64,000 bases of DNA from assembly GCA_964464405.1 (NCBI GenBank), contig CAYXFX010000001.1, positions 3,466-67,465 of the forward strand. The letters are read 5' to 3'. The stretch's first letter is position 1. Each line of letters starts with the position of its first letter. Positions 35,947 through 45,879 of this stretch are shown here, one piece after another. A program made the position numbers and the translations under genes. The notes under the pieces were generated by a model. It searched no databases. It saw nothing but the letters and a program-made list of their open reading frames with translations, and was not told where the DNA came from. The stretch comes from an uncultured Candidatus Saccharibacteria bacterium. Lineage in GTDB: Bacteria > Patescibacteriota > Minisyncoccia > UBA11713 > 2-01-FULL-45-33.

Positions 35947-36591
35947 TTGGAATTATTTACAGAAAAAAGAATTTTACTGCCGGTTTTTTCGGAAAGAATT
36001 ATGCTTAAAGCGGAAAAAAGGCGATATCCGCAATTTGCAAAGCCTGTTGAAGCGAGGGTTTTCCAAAGTGGCAGTGAATTTTGCAAAAGGAGAATTGTTC
36101 CGGGCAGGTCTCAGTTCGTAGGAGTTGTTGTTGATATTGACTTGGTGAAAAAAGAGAAAGACTTTTTTTGGTTCAACAAAAAAGCGCGAATTTGTGCGCG
36201 AATCAAAAAAATTTTTTCTCACGCGAAAGAATGCGGCCTTCCCTGTTTTTTGACGAATATTTCTTCGTCTGCCTCCTCGCTCGCTTTTATAATAAAATCT
36301 TTTGCGGAACTAAACGCTCTTAGCTCTTATTTAGATTTTTTTGATGAGTGCGTGGTAAGACGTATTTTAGTACACGGCAAAAACGGTAATGGCTTGCTTA
36401 AACCTAAGGCTAAAATCGATTATCCAAAAATAGATTCATATTCTATTGAATTTTCTTTGGACAATTTTTTAGCCGAGGTTGCACATAAAGACGATCTCCC
36501 AGGCACGATATATGTTGGGTTTGCTTTGCCGGAAGACGTGGACTTGGGAAAGCTAAAAAATCTGGGAAACTATATTTTAATCCTTGCCTAA
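35947..36591 (+). CDS. hypothetical protein (start uncertain, TTG or downstream ATG)
   Basis: 214-aa ORF behind a good promoter; no recognised motifs. Confidence 0.4.
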   Translation: MELFTEKRILLPVFSERIMLKAEKRRYPQFAKPVEARVFQSGSEFCKRRIVPGRSQFVGVVVDIDLVKKEKDFFWFNKKARICARIKKIFSHAKECGLPCFLTNISSSASSLAFIIKSFAELNALSSYLDFFDECVVRRILVHGKNGNGLLKPKAKIDYPKIDSYSIEFSLDNFLAEVAHKDDLPGTIYVGFALPEDVDLGKLKNLGNYILILA

Positions 36592-36627
36592 TCGGCAGGG
36601 ATTTTTATTTATGCTAAAATAAATTTT

Positions 36628-37974
36628 ATGCTTAAAGTTTCATTTTTTGGCGCCGCACAAGAGGTTACCGGAAGCTGTTTTTTATTGGATGACGGAGAAA
36701 ATAAAATTTTAATTGATTGCGGGCTTTTTCAGTCCCCGCGTTTTAGCAATTTAAAAAATAACGAACCATTTCTTTTTAATTCAAAAGAAATAGATGCGCT
36801 TTTTATTTCTCATGCCCATATTGATCACACAGGAAGAATTCCTAAATTAATGAAAGAAGGATTTCAGGGAAAAATTTACTCAAGCATTCCGACGCGCGCT
36901 TTAGCGGAGCTTATGCTAAGGGATAGCATCGGCGTACTTACGAAAGAGGCGGAAAGAGAGGGCGAAAAAGTTTTATACAGCGACGAAGAAGTTGATAAAG
37001 CGATGCAGGTTTGGGAAGGGAAAGAATACCACGAAAAAATTAAAGTCGGTAATTTTGAAGTTTCTTTTTATAATGCGGGGCATGTAATGGGCTCGGCTAT
37101 GATAGAAATTGCTCACGAAAGTCAAAAATTTCTTTTCACAGGTGATCTTGGAAATGTTAATAATCCGTTGCTTAATGGGTTTGAAAAAATAAACGGAATT
37201 GACTATTTATTTATTGAATCTACTTATGGCGACAGAACCCACGAAGATTTGGAAGAAAAAAAATTGAAACTGGAGCGAGTAATAGAAAGAAGCGTTGTAA
37301 ACGGAGGGGTTTTAATGATTCCGGCATTTTCTCTAGAACGCACGCAGGAGCTGCTTTGGGAAATATCTGATATGTTAAGAAACAAACAAATTCCTAATGT
37401 CCCGCTTTTTTTAGACAGCCCATTAGCAATTAAAGCTACGGAAATTTATCAAAAATATTATAAATATTTAAATAAAGCATATGTGGACCAAAAATCTTTC
37501 TCTTTTTTAAATTTGCCGAATGTACATCCCACGCTTACAACCGAAGAATCTAAAAAAATAAATGATGTGCCCGCTCCTAAAATAATTATTGCGGGCTCCG
37601 GAATGTCTACGGGCGGAAGAATTTTGCATCACGAAAGAAGATACTTGCAGGATCCGAAAAGCACTTTGCTTTTTATCGGATACCAAGCGCCCGGTTCATT
37701 GGGAAGAATAATTCAGGACGGTGCAAGCTCTGCCACGATTTTTGGAGAAGAGGTTCTCATTCGCGCGCATATAGAAAATATCCATGGATACTCCGCGCAT
37801 CCTGACGAAAATACCCTTTTTGAATTTATCCGCGAAAAATCTGATACTTTAAAAAAAGTGTTTACAATTCACGGTGAGCCAAAATCGTCTTTGGCTTTAG
37901 TCCAGAAAGTCCGCGACTATTTGGGGATAGAAGCTTATTCTCCAAAATACAGCGAGAGTGTTACAATAGACTAA
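36628..37974 (+). CDS. MBL-fold beta-CASP ribonuclease (RNase J / CPSF-like)
   Basis: HAHIDHTG (HxHxDH), beta-CASP region, C-terminal His. Confidence 0.75.
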   Translation: MLKVSFFGAAQEVTGSCFLLDDGENKILIDCGLFQSPRFSNLKNNEPFLFNSKEIDALFISHAHIDHTGRIPKLMKEGFQGKIYSSIPTRALAELMLRDSIGVLTKEAEREGEKVLYSDEEVDKAMQVWEGKEYHEKIKVGNFEVSFYNAGHVMGSAMIEIAHESQKFLFTGDLGNVNNPLLNGFEKINGIDYLFIESTYGDRTHEDLEEKKLKLERVIERSVVNGGVLMIPAFSLERTQELLWEISDMLRNKQIPNVPLFLDSPLAIKATEIYQKYYKYLNKAYVDQKSFSFLNLPNVHPTLTTEESKKINDVPAPKIIIAGSGMSTGGRILHHERRYLQDPKSTLLFIGYQAPGSLGRIIQDGASSATIFGEEVLIRAHIENIHGYSAHPDENTLFEFIREKSDTLKKVFTIHGEPKSSLALVQKVRDYLGIEAYSPKYSESVTID

Positions 37975-38552
37975 TGGACGGGCAGCATATACATCTTAAA
38001 TACAAAATTTGCGTTTCTGGGGCGGCTGAAACAGGCCATTGTGCGCCGGATGCTTTGGATAAAGCCAAAATTTTGGGCGAAGAAATAGTGCGGCAAGGCG
38101 CGGTTTTGGTAAACGGCGCAACAACGGGGTTTCCTTTTTGGGCGGCGATCGGAGCAAAGGAAGCCGGCGGATTTAACATAGGAATTTCTCCTGCAGGTTC
38201 TGAAAAGGAACACATTGAGAAATATCAACTGCCCGTGGACTACATGGATATTATTATTTATACGGGATTCGGTTATGCCGGCAGAAATCTTCTTCTGACG
38301 CGTTCGGCTGATGCGGTCATAGTGGGCTGCGGCCGCTGGGGAACTTTAAACGAATTTACTATTGCGCTTGAAGACGGAAAGCCAATTGGTGTGCTGGACG
38401 GGTCAGGGGGAAGCATCGAAGTTATAAAAGATATTATTGAAAAATCGCGCCGAGGACCAGGAAATATAATTTACGATAGTGATCCCAGAACACTTGTAGG
38501 AAAAATTTTGGAAAAAATTAAAAGCGACAAATTAAAACTGGCACAAGTTTAA
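37974..38552 (+). CDS. LOG/TIGR00725-family Rossmann-fold protein
   Basis: ICVSGAAETG..., GCGRWGTLNEF (PGGxGTxxE-like). Confidence 0.55.
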   Translation: MDGQHIHLKYKICVSGAAETGHCAPDALDKAKILGEEIVRQGAVLVNGATTGFPFWAAIGAKEAGGFNIGISPAGSEKEHIEKYQLPVDYMDIIIYTGFGYAGRNLLLTRSADAVIVGCGRWGTLNEFTIALEDGKPIGVLDGSGGSIEVIKDIIEKSRRGPGNIIYDSDPRTLVGKILEKIKSDKLKLAQV

Positions 38553-38553
38553 A

Positions 38554-39027
38554 ATGGAAAATATTTTTCCTAGTTCACAAATAGTAGAAATGATTTTCAA
38601 TATAACGCTTGCCGCTATTTTAGGAATGGTAATAGGATACGAGCGGGAACACAGAAGAAAACCCGCCGGGCTACGCACTTACACGCTTGTTGCACTGGGA
38701 GCTTCTCTTTTTACAATTTTGTCTTCGGCTTCTTTGGTAAACGATCTTGATGTCTCTTCTTTTGATCCTTCGCGCATCGCCTCGCAAGTCGTTGTAGGCA
38801 TTGGCTTTATCGGCGGCGGGCTGATTTTTTTGAAAAATAACAGATTGGAAGGGTTAACTACTGCCGCTGGGCTTTGGGTAACTGCAGCAATAGGCATGGC
38901 TACCGGCTTTGGTTTTAGATACATCGCGATTTACGCGACAATTCTGGTTTTAATTGTGCTTTGGGCAATGAGAAGGATTGAAGATTACATTCATAAAGAA
39001 AAAATAACGGATAATGGCGTTTCTTAA
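38554..39027 (+). CDS. mgtC: MgtC/SapB family membrane protein
   Basis: IGYEREHRRKPAGLRTYTLVALGASLF signature. Confidence 0.8.
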   Translation: MENIFPSSQIVEMIFNITLAAILGMVIGYEREHRRKPAGLRTYTLVALGASLFTILSSASLVNDLDVSSFDPSRIASQVVVGIGFIGGGLIFLKNNRLEGLTTAAGLWVTAAIGMATGFGFRYIAIYATILVLIVLWAMRRIEDYIHKEKITDNGVS

Positions 39028-40156
39028 ATCGCCATTTTGGGGCGCTGTTGGAATTTTATGCGGAATGATTATTGGCTCGGGCATGTTTGCATTGCCCTTC
39101 GCGGTTAATGTTTCAGGAATCCTTCCTTCCATCATTGCGGCAGGAATTGCTTTTTTTTTGGTGCTTTCCATGCATTTGGCTTACGGAGAAATTGTCGTGA
39201 ACACCTGGGAGCGGCATAGACTTCCTGGTTATGCGGGGCTTTACCTCGGACGCTGGGGGAATTGGCTTGCAAAAATAAGCCAAACTTTAGGTTTTAATAC
39301 TGCTCTTGTCATTTATGCTTCTCTTGCAGGAATATTTTTGGTGACAATTTTCGGCGGAGACAGATTTTTGTGGTCCATATTATTTTTATTCATAATGTCG
39401 CTGGTTTTATTTTTTGAACCGGTTAGCGGAATCGGCAAAATCAACATAATTTTTGTAATCTCGATTGTATTTGTGACTCTCATTATTTCTGGTTTTGCCT
39501 TTGGGTCAGGAACTTTTGAAAATTTATCAAATACCGCTTTTGTGGGGAAAGACCCATTTTTTGCTTTCGGAGTTTTTGTTTTTGCGCTAACTGGCCTTTC
39601 CGTGATTGCTGATGCGCGGGATATTTTTGGAGGAAAAGACGCGCATAAATTAAGAAAGGTTATATTTGTCGGCACCAGTGTTCCTTTTTTCCTGTATATC
39701 ATTTTTATTGCAGCGGTGCTTATGGCAATAGACGGCAAAGTAACACAAAATGTGATACAAAGCATGGCGGAAGTTTTGGGGCGCAATGCGGTGATTCTCG
39801 GCGCCACTGTCGGGGTTATGGCGATGTTTTCGGCTTTTTTGGCTTTAGGATACGATCTTAAAGAAATTTACGAATTGGATGTAGGTGTTTCAAAAAATTC
39901 TTCGTGGGCCTTGGCAACGATAATCCCAATTATAATTTTTACTTTAGGCGCGGGAGATTTTATAAAACTTATGTCGCTTATGGGTGGAATTTTTATTTCA
40001 ATCGACGGTTTTTTAGTTTTGGCGATTTTAAATCGCCTGCAGAAATCCGGAGTTTTGATGTTAAGTTTTACACGTTTTGGAAAAATTCACAAATTCGCAT
40101 TAGCCGGAATTTTGCTTCTCTCGATAAGTTATGAGGTTTTTTATCAGATTTTCTAG
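39014..40156 (+). CDS. amino-acid permease-like transporter (APC/HAAAP-type)
   Basis: 11-12 TM helices, GSGMFALPFA motif near N-terminus. Confidence 0.55.
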   Translation: MAFLKSPFWGAVGILCGMIIGSGMFALPFAVNVSGILPSIIAAGIAFFLVLSMHLAYGEIVVNTWERHRLPGYAGLYLGRWGNWLAKISQTLGFNTALVIYASLAGIFLVTIFGGDRFLWSILFLFIMSLVLFFEPVSGIGKINIIFVISIVFVTLIISGFAFGSGTFENLSNTAFVGKDPFFAFGVFVFALTGLSVIADARDIFGGKDAHKLRKVIFVGTSVPFFLYIIFIAAVLMAIDGKVTQNVIQSMAEVLGRNAVILGATVGVMAMFSAFLALGYDLKEIYELDVGVSKNSSWALATIIPIIIFTLGAGDFIKLMSLMGGIFISIDGFLVLAILNRLQKSGVLMLSFTRFGKIHKFALAGILLLSISYEVFYQIF

Positions 40157-40159
40157 CTG

Positions 40160-42832
40160 ATGAATAATCTGAGCCCTCAATTAAACGCGGTTGCTGAAAC
40201 TTTTAGCGCGCTTCGGTCCGGCGCGCATGGCCTAGGTTTGGTTGAAGCAAAAGAGCGGTTAAAAAAAATAGGGCCTAATGTATTGCCTGAAACGCGGAGT
40301 GTCGGATGGTTTTTGATTTTTTTACATCAATTCCAAAGCCCTCTTATCTATATTCTTCTTGCCGCTGGCTCGGCAATTTACTTCATAGGTGAAGTTGCGG
40401 ATGCGGCCATTATCGGAGCGGTACTTTTTTTTAATTCTATAGCAGGAGCTTTTCAGGAAGGAAGGGCACAAAACACTCTTCGCGCGCTTAAAAAATTTTC
40501 GGAAACTAAAGCGACAGTACTAAGAGAGGGAAAAGAATATATAATTTCCGATCGGGAGATTGTTCCCGGAGACGTAATAATTTTAAACGAAGGTGAAAAA
40601 ATTCCGGCAGACGCAAGAATTATTTTTTCCGGTAATTTAAAGGTAGACGAAGCGGCGCTGACCGGAGAATCGGAGCCTGTACACAAAATTGCCGGCGATG
40701 AACTAGGTGCCGGGGAAGAGAATAAAAACATAATTTATAAAGGAACGCACGTGGTTTTTGGAAGCGGGAGGGCTTTGGTTTTTGCGACAGGCGTCTCAAC
40801 AAAAGTCGGAAAAATCGCAAAAGAAATTGCCGGCATTGATACTGAAATTCCCTTAAAAGCGAATATCCGGCATCTTTCGCGGCTTGTCATTTTATCGGTT
40901 ACTTTGATTTCTGTTTTTTTATTTATTTTTGGAATTTTTGCTGGCCATCCGATAAAAGAGATGTTTACAACTATTGTGACTCTTTCGGTGTCTGTAATTC
41001 CGGAAGGATTGCCTGTCGTTATGACCTTGGTTCTTGCGACCGGAGTATGGAGAATGTCTAAGTCGAACGCGCTAGTAAAAAGGCTCCAGGCTGTTGAAGC
41101 GCTGGGGCAGGCCCGTGTTTTAGCGCTCGACAAAACAGGTACTCTTACAAAAAATGAGATGGTAATTGAGAAAGTTTTTACCGGAAATTTTTATAATGTT
41201 TCGGGTACGGGATACGAACCGAAGGGGGACGTTGTATGGGACGGAAATATAATTGATCCAGCAAACCACGAAGACCTTCTTTTTGCCGGCAAAATCGCGG
41301 CTCTCTGCGCGAATGCGAGAGTGGTTTATTCGGAAGAAGAAAAAAGATGGAATATCACTGGGGATCCTACGGAAGCGGCGATGATTGTTTTCGCGAATAA
41401 ACTCGGTTTTCATAAAAATGAACTTTTAAATGAATCTCCGCTTTTGGATGAACTTCCTTTTGATTATAGATTAAAATATCACGCAACTTACCACAAATTG
41501 GAACCACAAAACATATTATCGGTTGTCGGCGCTCCGGAGATTATATTAAAAAAATCATCAAAAATTTTGCGCGGAGGAAAAAGCTATCTACTTACCGCCG
41601 AAGAAAAAGAAAATCTGGAGCAGATTTTCTTTTCAATGTCTAAAGAAGGCTTGAGGGTTGTGGCTTTTGCGGAGAGCAAAGAAGCAAAAGTTCCGCTTTC
41701 ACCGGAAAAAATAGAGGACCTGACATTTGCCGGATTTTTTGGAATGAAAGATGCTTTGCGCGAAGAAGCGGCTCAAGCGATAGCACGCGCTAAGTCAGCG
41801 GGAATGAAAATAGTGATAATTACCGGCGATCACAAAGCGACCGCCGAAGCGATTGCAAGGGAGGCGGGCATATGGGAAGACGGCGACAAAATTCTTACCG
41901 GTGAGGAAATAGAAAATCTGTCCGAAAATGATCTTGCAGAAAGTATAACTAATGTTTCATTATTTGCGCGCGTTACGCCCGAACATAAATTGTCTATAAT
42001 CAAAGCTTTTAAGAAAAGCGGAGATGTAGTTGCAATGACCGGAGACGGAGTAAACGACGCGCCTTCTTTGGTTGCGGCCGATTTGGGTGTGGCAATGGGG
42101 AAAATCGGAACGGAAGTTGCAAAAGAGGCATCTGATATTATTCTTTTAGACGACAACTTCGGAAACATAATTTCTGCGATAGAGGAAGGAAGAAGCATAT
42201 ATAAAACAATTAAAAAAGTAATTCTCTATTTATTTTCGACAAGTTGGGGAGAGGTTTTTACGATTGTTGGCGCGCTTTTTTTGGGATATCCGTTGCCGAT
42301 TTTGCCCGCGCAAATAATCTGGTTAAACTTTGTGACGGACGGCTTTTTGGATGTGGCGCTTGCCATGGAACCGAAAGAAAAGGGGCTGCTTAATGGAAAT
42401 TTTGAGAGGCCGAAAAAATATTTAATTGATAAGCTGATGGCTTGGCGCATGGTTTTGATGGCAACCCCAATGATGATAGGCACGCTTTATTTATTTGGCA
42501 ATTATTTTTTAACGGATATAAACAAAGCTTGGACGATAACTCTCACGACTCTCGCGGTTTTCCAATGGTTTAACGCGTGGAATTGCAGATCCGAAGACAA
42601 ATCAATTTTTAAAATGAACCTGTTTTCGAATAAATTTTTAGTAGCGGCAACTTTTTTAATCATAATTTTGCAGATGCTCGCGGTTTATAATCCTTATTTT
42701 CAGCAGATTTTGCACACCTCACCTCTTTCTTTTAAAGAATGGCTCATGATTTTACCGGTTGCTTTTTCGATAATTTTGCTCGAGGAAGTCAGAAAATTTT
42801 TCTTCCGCAAATATGACATAAAATTGACTTAA
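40160..42832 (+). CDS. cation-transporting P-type ATPase (type II Ca2+/Mg2+-like)
   Basis: TGES, LDKTGTLTKNEM phosphorylation motif, MTGDGVNDAPSL hinge, 10 TM. Confidence 0.9.
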   Translation: MNNLSPQLNAVAETFSALRSGAHGLGLVEAKERLKKIGPNVLPETRSVGWFLIFLHQFQSPLIYILLAAGSAIYFIGEVADAAIIGAVLFFNSIAGAFQEGRAQNTLRALKKFSETKATVLREGKEYIISDREIVPGDVIILNEGEKIPADARIIFSGNLKVDEAALTGESEPVHKIAGDELGAGEENKNIIYKGTHVVFGSGRALVFATGVSTKVGKIAKEIAGIDTEIPLKANIRHLSRLVILSVTLISVFLFIFGIFAGHPIKEMFTTIVTLSVSVIPEGLPVVMTLVLATGVWRMSKSNALVKRLQAVEALGQARVLALDKTGTLTKNEMVIEKVFTGNFYNVSGTGYEPKGDVVWDGNIIDPANHEDLLFAGKIAALCANARVVYSEEEKRWNITGDPTEAAMIVFANKLGFHKNELLNESPLLDELPFDYRLKYHATYHKLEPQNILSVVGAPEIILKKSSKILRGGKSYLLTAEEKENLEQIFFSMSKEGLRVVAFAESKEAKVPLSPEKIEDLTFAGFFGMKDALREEAAQAIARAKSAGMKIVIITGDHKATAEAIAREAGIWEDGDKILTGEEIENLSENDLAESITNVSLFARVTPEHKLSIIKAFKKSGDVVAMTGDGVNDAPSLVAADLGVAMGKIGTEVAKEASDIILLDDNFGNIISAIEEGRSIYKTIKKVILYLFSTSWGEVFTIVGALFLGYPLPILPAQIIWLNFVTDGFLDVALAMEPKEKGLLNGNFERPKKYLIDKLMAWRMVLMATPMMIGTLYLFGNYFLTDINKAWTITLTTLAVFQWFNAWNCRSEDKSIFKMNLFSNKFLVAATFLIIILQMLAVYNPYFQQILHTSPLSFKEWLMILPVAFSIILLEEVRKFFFRKYDIKLT

Positions 42833-42858
42833 TGGGGCGCGGGAAGTATTATTGGTAA

Positions 42859-43485
42859 ATGGAATTTCTAGGATTTGACCTAGTTTCTTTTATTAAGGCG
42901 GTGGGTTACTTCGGGATTTTTGCCATAATTTTTGCAGAATCCGGGCTTTTTGTTGGTTTTTTTCTTCCGGGCGATTCTTTGCTTTTTACCGCTGGTTTTT
43001 TAGCATCGCAGGGTTTTTTAAATATTTGGCTTTTGATTTTTCTTACTTTTTTTGCGGCGGTGTTGGGAGATAACTTCGGCTACGTTTTTGGAAGAAAGGT
43101 GGGCCCTGCAATTTTTAACAAAGAAGATTCCAAATTATTTCATAAACATCATTTAGAGCGCGCGAGCGCCTTTTATAAAAAATATGGAGGAAAAACTTTG
43201 GTGCTTGCCCGTTTTTTGCCTGTAATCCGCACATTTGCGCCGATTGTCGCCGGGGTCGGCAAAATGCATTACAAAACCTTCTTTTTTTATAATGTTTTTG
43301 GTGCCGTTGTGTGGGCAATCGGCATAACATGGCTGGGATATTTTTTAGGCAATAACATTCCCAATATAGATAAATATTTAGTTCCTATTATTCTAGCGGT
43401 TGTCGTTTTATCCAGCCTGCCTACTCTTTGGCATATTTTTAAAAACAGAGAATATCTGCGGCCAAAATCTACTCTTGACAAGTAA
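42859..43485 (+). CDS. dedA: DedA/TVP38 family membrane protein
   Basis: GFFLPGDSLLFTAGFLA motif. Confidence 0.8.
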   Translation: MEFLGFDLVSFIKAVGYFGIFAIIFAESGLFVGFFLPGDSLLFTAGFLASQGFLNIWLLIFLTFFAAVLGDNFGYVFGRKVGPAIFNKEDSKLFHKHHLERASAFYKKYGGKTLVLARFLPVIRTFAPIVAGVGKMHYKTFFFYNVFGAVVWAIGITWLGYFLGNNIPNIDKYLVPIILAVVVLSSLPTLWHIFKNREYLRPKSTLDK

Positions 43486-43585
43486 GCCATTAGGGATTAT
43501 GATTTACACAGAAATACTAAGGGCGAACCTAGAGCCTTTGATCTAGGCAAGATATGTTTATTTGATAAAAAAAAGGAGGCGTGCG

Positions 43586-44323
43586 ATGAAAATCGTGAGC
43601 CAAAAATACGGACCAAGAGATTTTTCCCACGGTCAGGTGCAGGAGATGTTGGTAACTTTGGGAAAAAACAAATTCTCGCCATCAATGGCTGATTTGGTGG
43701 CTAACGCAAAGTCCGGCTTTGCTCGTAAAATTGTCGGACTTTTTAGCGAGACAGGCGGTGCAATTCCGGTGGAGTGGCAGCTCCGCTGGTGGGAGTTTTT
43801 CTACCGCGGCTTTTTTAAATACAACCTCGATATTTCAGGAATTTTGGTGCCCGAAAAACGAAAAGGATTTGACCGTATGTTGGTTCTAGCGGAGCCTGCG
43901 ATGTCTCATGCATTATTCGTCAAATCGGGCGAATATTTTGATTGCTGGAAGGCTCAAAACGCGAGCCTTGATGAGGCGGTAATTGAACACGAACGCAATC
44001 TTTCGAATGGTTCATACGTGATTTGGGTTGAAGACACCGAAGAGCCGAACGAAAGGCTGAAAAATATCTCTGCCAATAGAATTCGGGAGGAGGGTTTGAC
44101 TACCGAAACCCTTCCGGAGCGGCTTCTTCACGGCTTTGTGTATTATTTAGAAACCGGAAGGCATCTCGACCTCTCTAATTGGACCTTATGTTCCGGTTCG
44201 CGCTACTTTGACGGCTGTGTCCCGAATGTCGGCTGGGGCGGCTCCTACGGCGAGATGTACGTGCGCTGGACTAATCCGTCGGTTGCCATTGGCGACTTTC
44301 GCTCCCGCGAGGTAGTTTCCTGA
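43586..44323 (+). CDS. hypothetical protein, compositionally atypical (higher GC)
   Basis: AAGGAGG RBS 6 nt upstream of ATG 43586; 245 aa; strong terminator follows. Confidence 0.5.
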   Translation: MKIVSQKYGPRDFSHGQVQEMLVTLGKNKFSPSMADLVANAKSGFARKIVGLFSETGGAIPVEWQLRWWEFFYRGFFKYNLDISGILVPEKRKGFDRMLVLAEPAMSHALFVKSGEYFDCWKAQNASLDEAVIEHERNLSNGSYVIWVEDTEEPNERLKNISANRIREEGLTTETLPERLLHGFVYYLETGRHLDLSNWTLCSGSRYFDGCVPNVGWGGSYGEMYVRWTNPSVAIGDFRSREVVS

Positions 44324-44339
44324 TTTTAATCTTGAATAA

Positions 44340-44382
44340 GGTGTCGGCAAAGCCGACACCTTTATCTTTTTTATTTTTTTGA
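44340..44382 (+). terminator. rho-independent terminator GGTGTCGGC-AAA-GCCGACACC + long T-run
   Basis: 9-bp perfect GC-rich stem then TTTATCTTTTTTATTTTTTT. Confidence 0.75.
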
Positions 44383-44671
44383 TAAAATTATTTTGGCTAA
44401 TACAACCGGCTCCGACCAAAACCGTGAGTAGCGGTTTGCCAAGAATCAGGAAACTTCTTGCCCTATTTTAAAGTTATAATGAAAAAATTACGACAAGGCA
44501 TTGATTTTTTAGGTTACGTCGTTTTGACTTATCATATTGTTTTACGCACAAAAACAAAAAGAAGGACGTTTAGGAAAATAAACGCAAAGAATTTACAACC
44601 TTACGTAGGAGTTTTGAAACATTGTAATGGGTGTAAAATTAAGAAACATATTTTAAATAATTTTAAACAAA

Positions 44672-45241
44672 ATGAATAAAGTAGAGGAACTGGAAAAATT
44701 AAAAAAAGAAATTGAGACGAATAAGTCACTACCGCTATGCGGCGTAGCAAATCTTGTTTTTGGGGAAGGAGATGCGGAAGCTGAAATAATGTTTATCGGC
44801 GAGGCGCCGGGGTTTCATGAGAATAAACTTATGCGCCCGTTTGTTGGGCAAGCCGGAAAGCTTTTAGATAAGTTGCTGGTAAATATCAAATGGCCGAGAG
44901 AGTCGGTTTACATCACAAATATTGTAAAGAGGCGCCCTCCGGAAAACCGCGATCCTTTGCCGGAAGAAATCGGAGAATATAAACCGTATTTAAAAAAACA
45001 GATTCAAATTATTAATCCAAAAATAATTGCCACCTTGGGGAGATTTTCTATGAATTATTTTCTGCCTACTGCAAAAATTTCCGTTGACCATGGAACTGTG
45101 TTTAAGTTGCGTGAAAAAATAATTTTTCCTTTGTATCATCCGGCGGCCGCTTTACGCTCGACTAATATTTTAAATGAGCTACAAAAAGATTTTAATAAAT
45201 TGCCGGTTTTATTAAAAAAAGTGCAAGATGGTAAACTATAG
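44672..45241 (+). CDS. uracil-DNA glycosylase superfamily protein (family 4/5-like)
   Basis: GEGDAEAEIMFIGEAPG, RPFVGQAGKLL, HPAA near C-terminus. Confidence 0.75.
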   Translation: MNKVEELEKLKKEIETNKSLPLCGVANLVFGEGDAEAEIMFIGEAPGFHENKLMRPFVGQAGKLLDKLLVNIKWPRESVYITNIVKRRPPENRDPLPEEIGEYKPYLKKQIQIINPKIIATLGRFSMNYFLPTAKISVDHGTVFKLREKIIFPLYHPAAALRSTNILNELQKDFNKLPVLLKKVQDGKL

Positions 45242-45243
45242 TT

Positions 45244-45879
45244 ATGCGTATTCAAATTAATATTTCGGTAAATCGGGCTGTTCAAATTTTGCTCATGTAT
45301 CTTTTTGTAATTAATGTTGCGGGCGGACTTTTCGGACCGCTCTACGCCGTTTTTGTTACAAATTCTATTGCGGGCGCGTCTTTAAAAACAGTTGGTTTCG
45401 CGCTGGGGCTCGCGGCAATGGCGAAATCGATTTTTCAAATTCCTCTGGCGAGATATTTAGATAAGCATAATGGAGAAAGAGATGATTATTATGCGCTGCT
45501 TTTGGGCGCAGTTCTAGGTGTTATCTACCCGTTTTTTTTAATTTTTGTGTCTGAAATTTGGCAACTTTATTTTTTGGAAATCTTGTCTGGGATAGGGGCA
45601 TCATTTTTAATGGCGGCTTACTATTCTCTTTTTGCAAGGCACGTCGATAAAAATTCAGAAGGATTCGAGTGGAGTTTGTTCAGCGTCGGAGGGCTAACTG
45701 TTTCTTCTGCAATCGGAGGAGCGGTGGGTGGCGTGCTTGCAGATGCATTAGGATTTCAGATACTTTTTTTAACAAGCGGAATCATGAACTTTTTAATAAT
45801 GTTTATTTTGCTTGCGCTCTATCCGTATTTAAACGGAGCGCGCACAAAATCTCTTCCTCCATTTACTCCGATTCCATAA
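45244..45879 (+). CDS. MFS-type transporter, half-size (6 TM), possibly truncated
   Basis: 6 predicted TMs, MFS motif-A-like PLARYLDKHNGERDD; followed by ~490 bp noncoding. Confidence 0.45.
   Translation: MRIQINISVNRAVQILLMYLFVINVAGGLFGPLYAVFVTNSIAGASLKTVGFALGLAAMAKSIFQIPLARYLDKHNGERDDYYALLLGAVLGVIYPFFLIFVSEIWQLYFLEILSGIGASFLMAAYYSLFARHVDKNSEGFEWSLFSVGGLTVSSAIGGAVGGVLADALGFQILFLTSGIMNFLIMFILLALYPYLNGARTKSLPPFTPIP

Noticed and set aside
44458-44679. 73-aa ORF upstream of the UDG gene
   Set aside because: Lys/Arg-rich low-complexity translation with no RBS or motifs. It overlaps the UDG start and is probably leader sequence.
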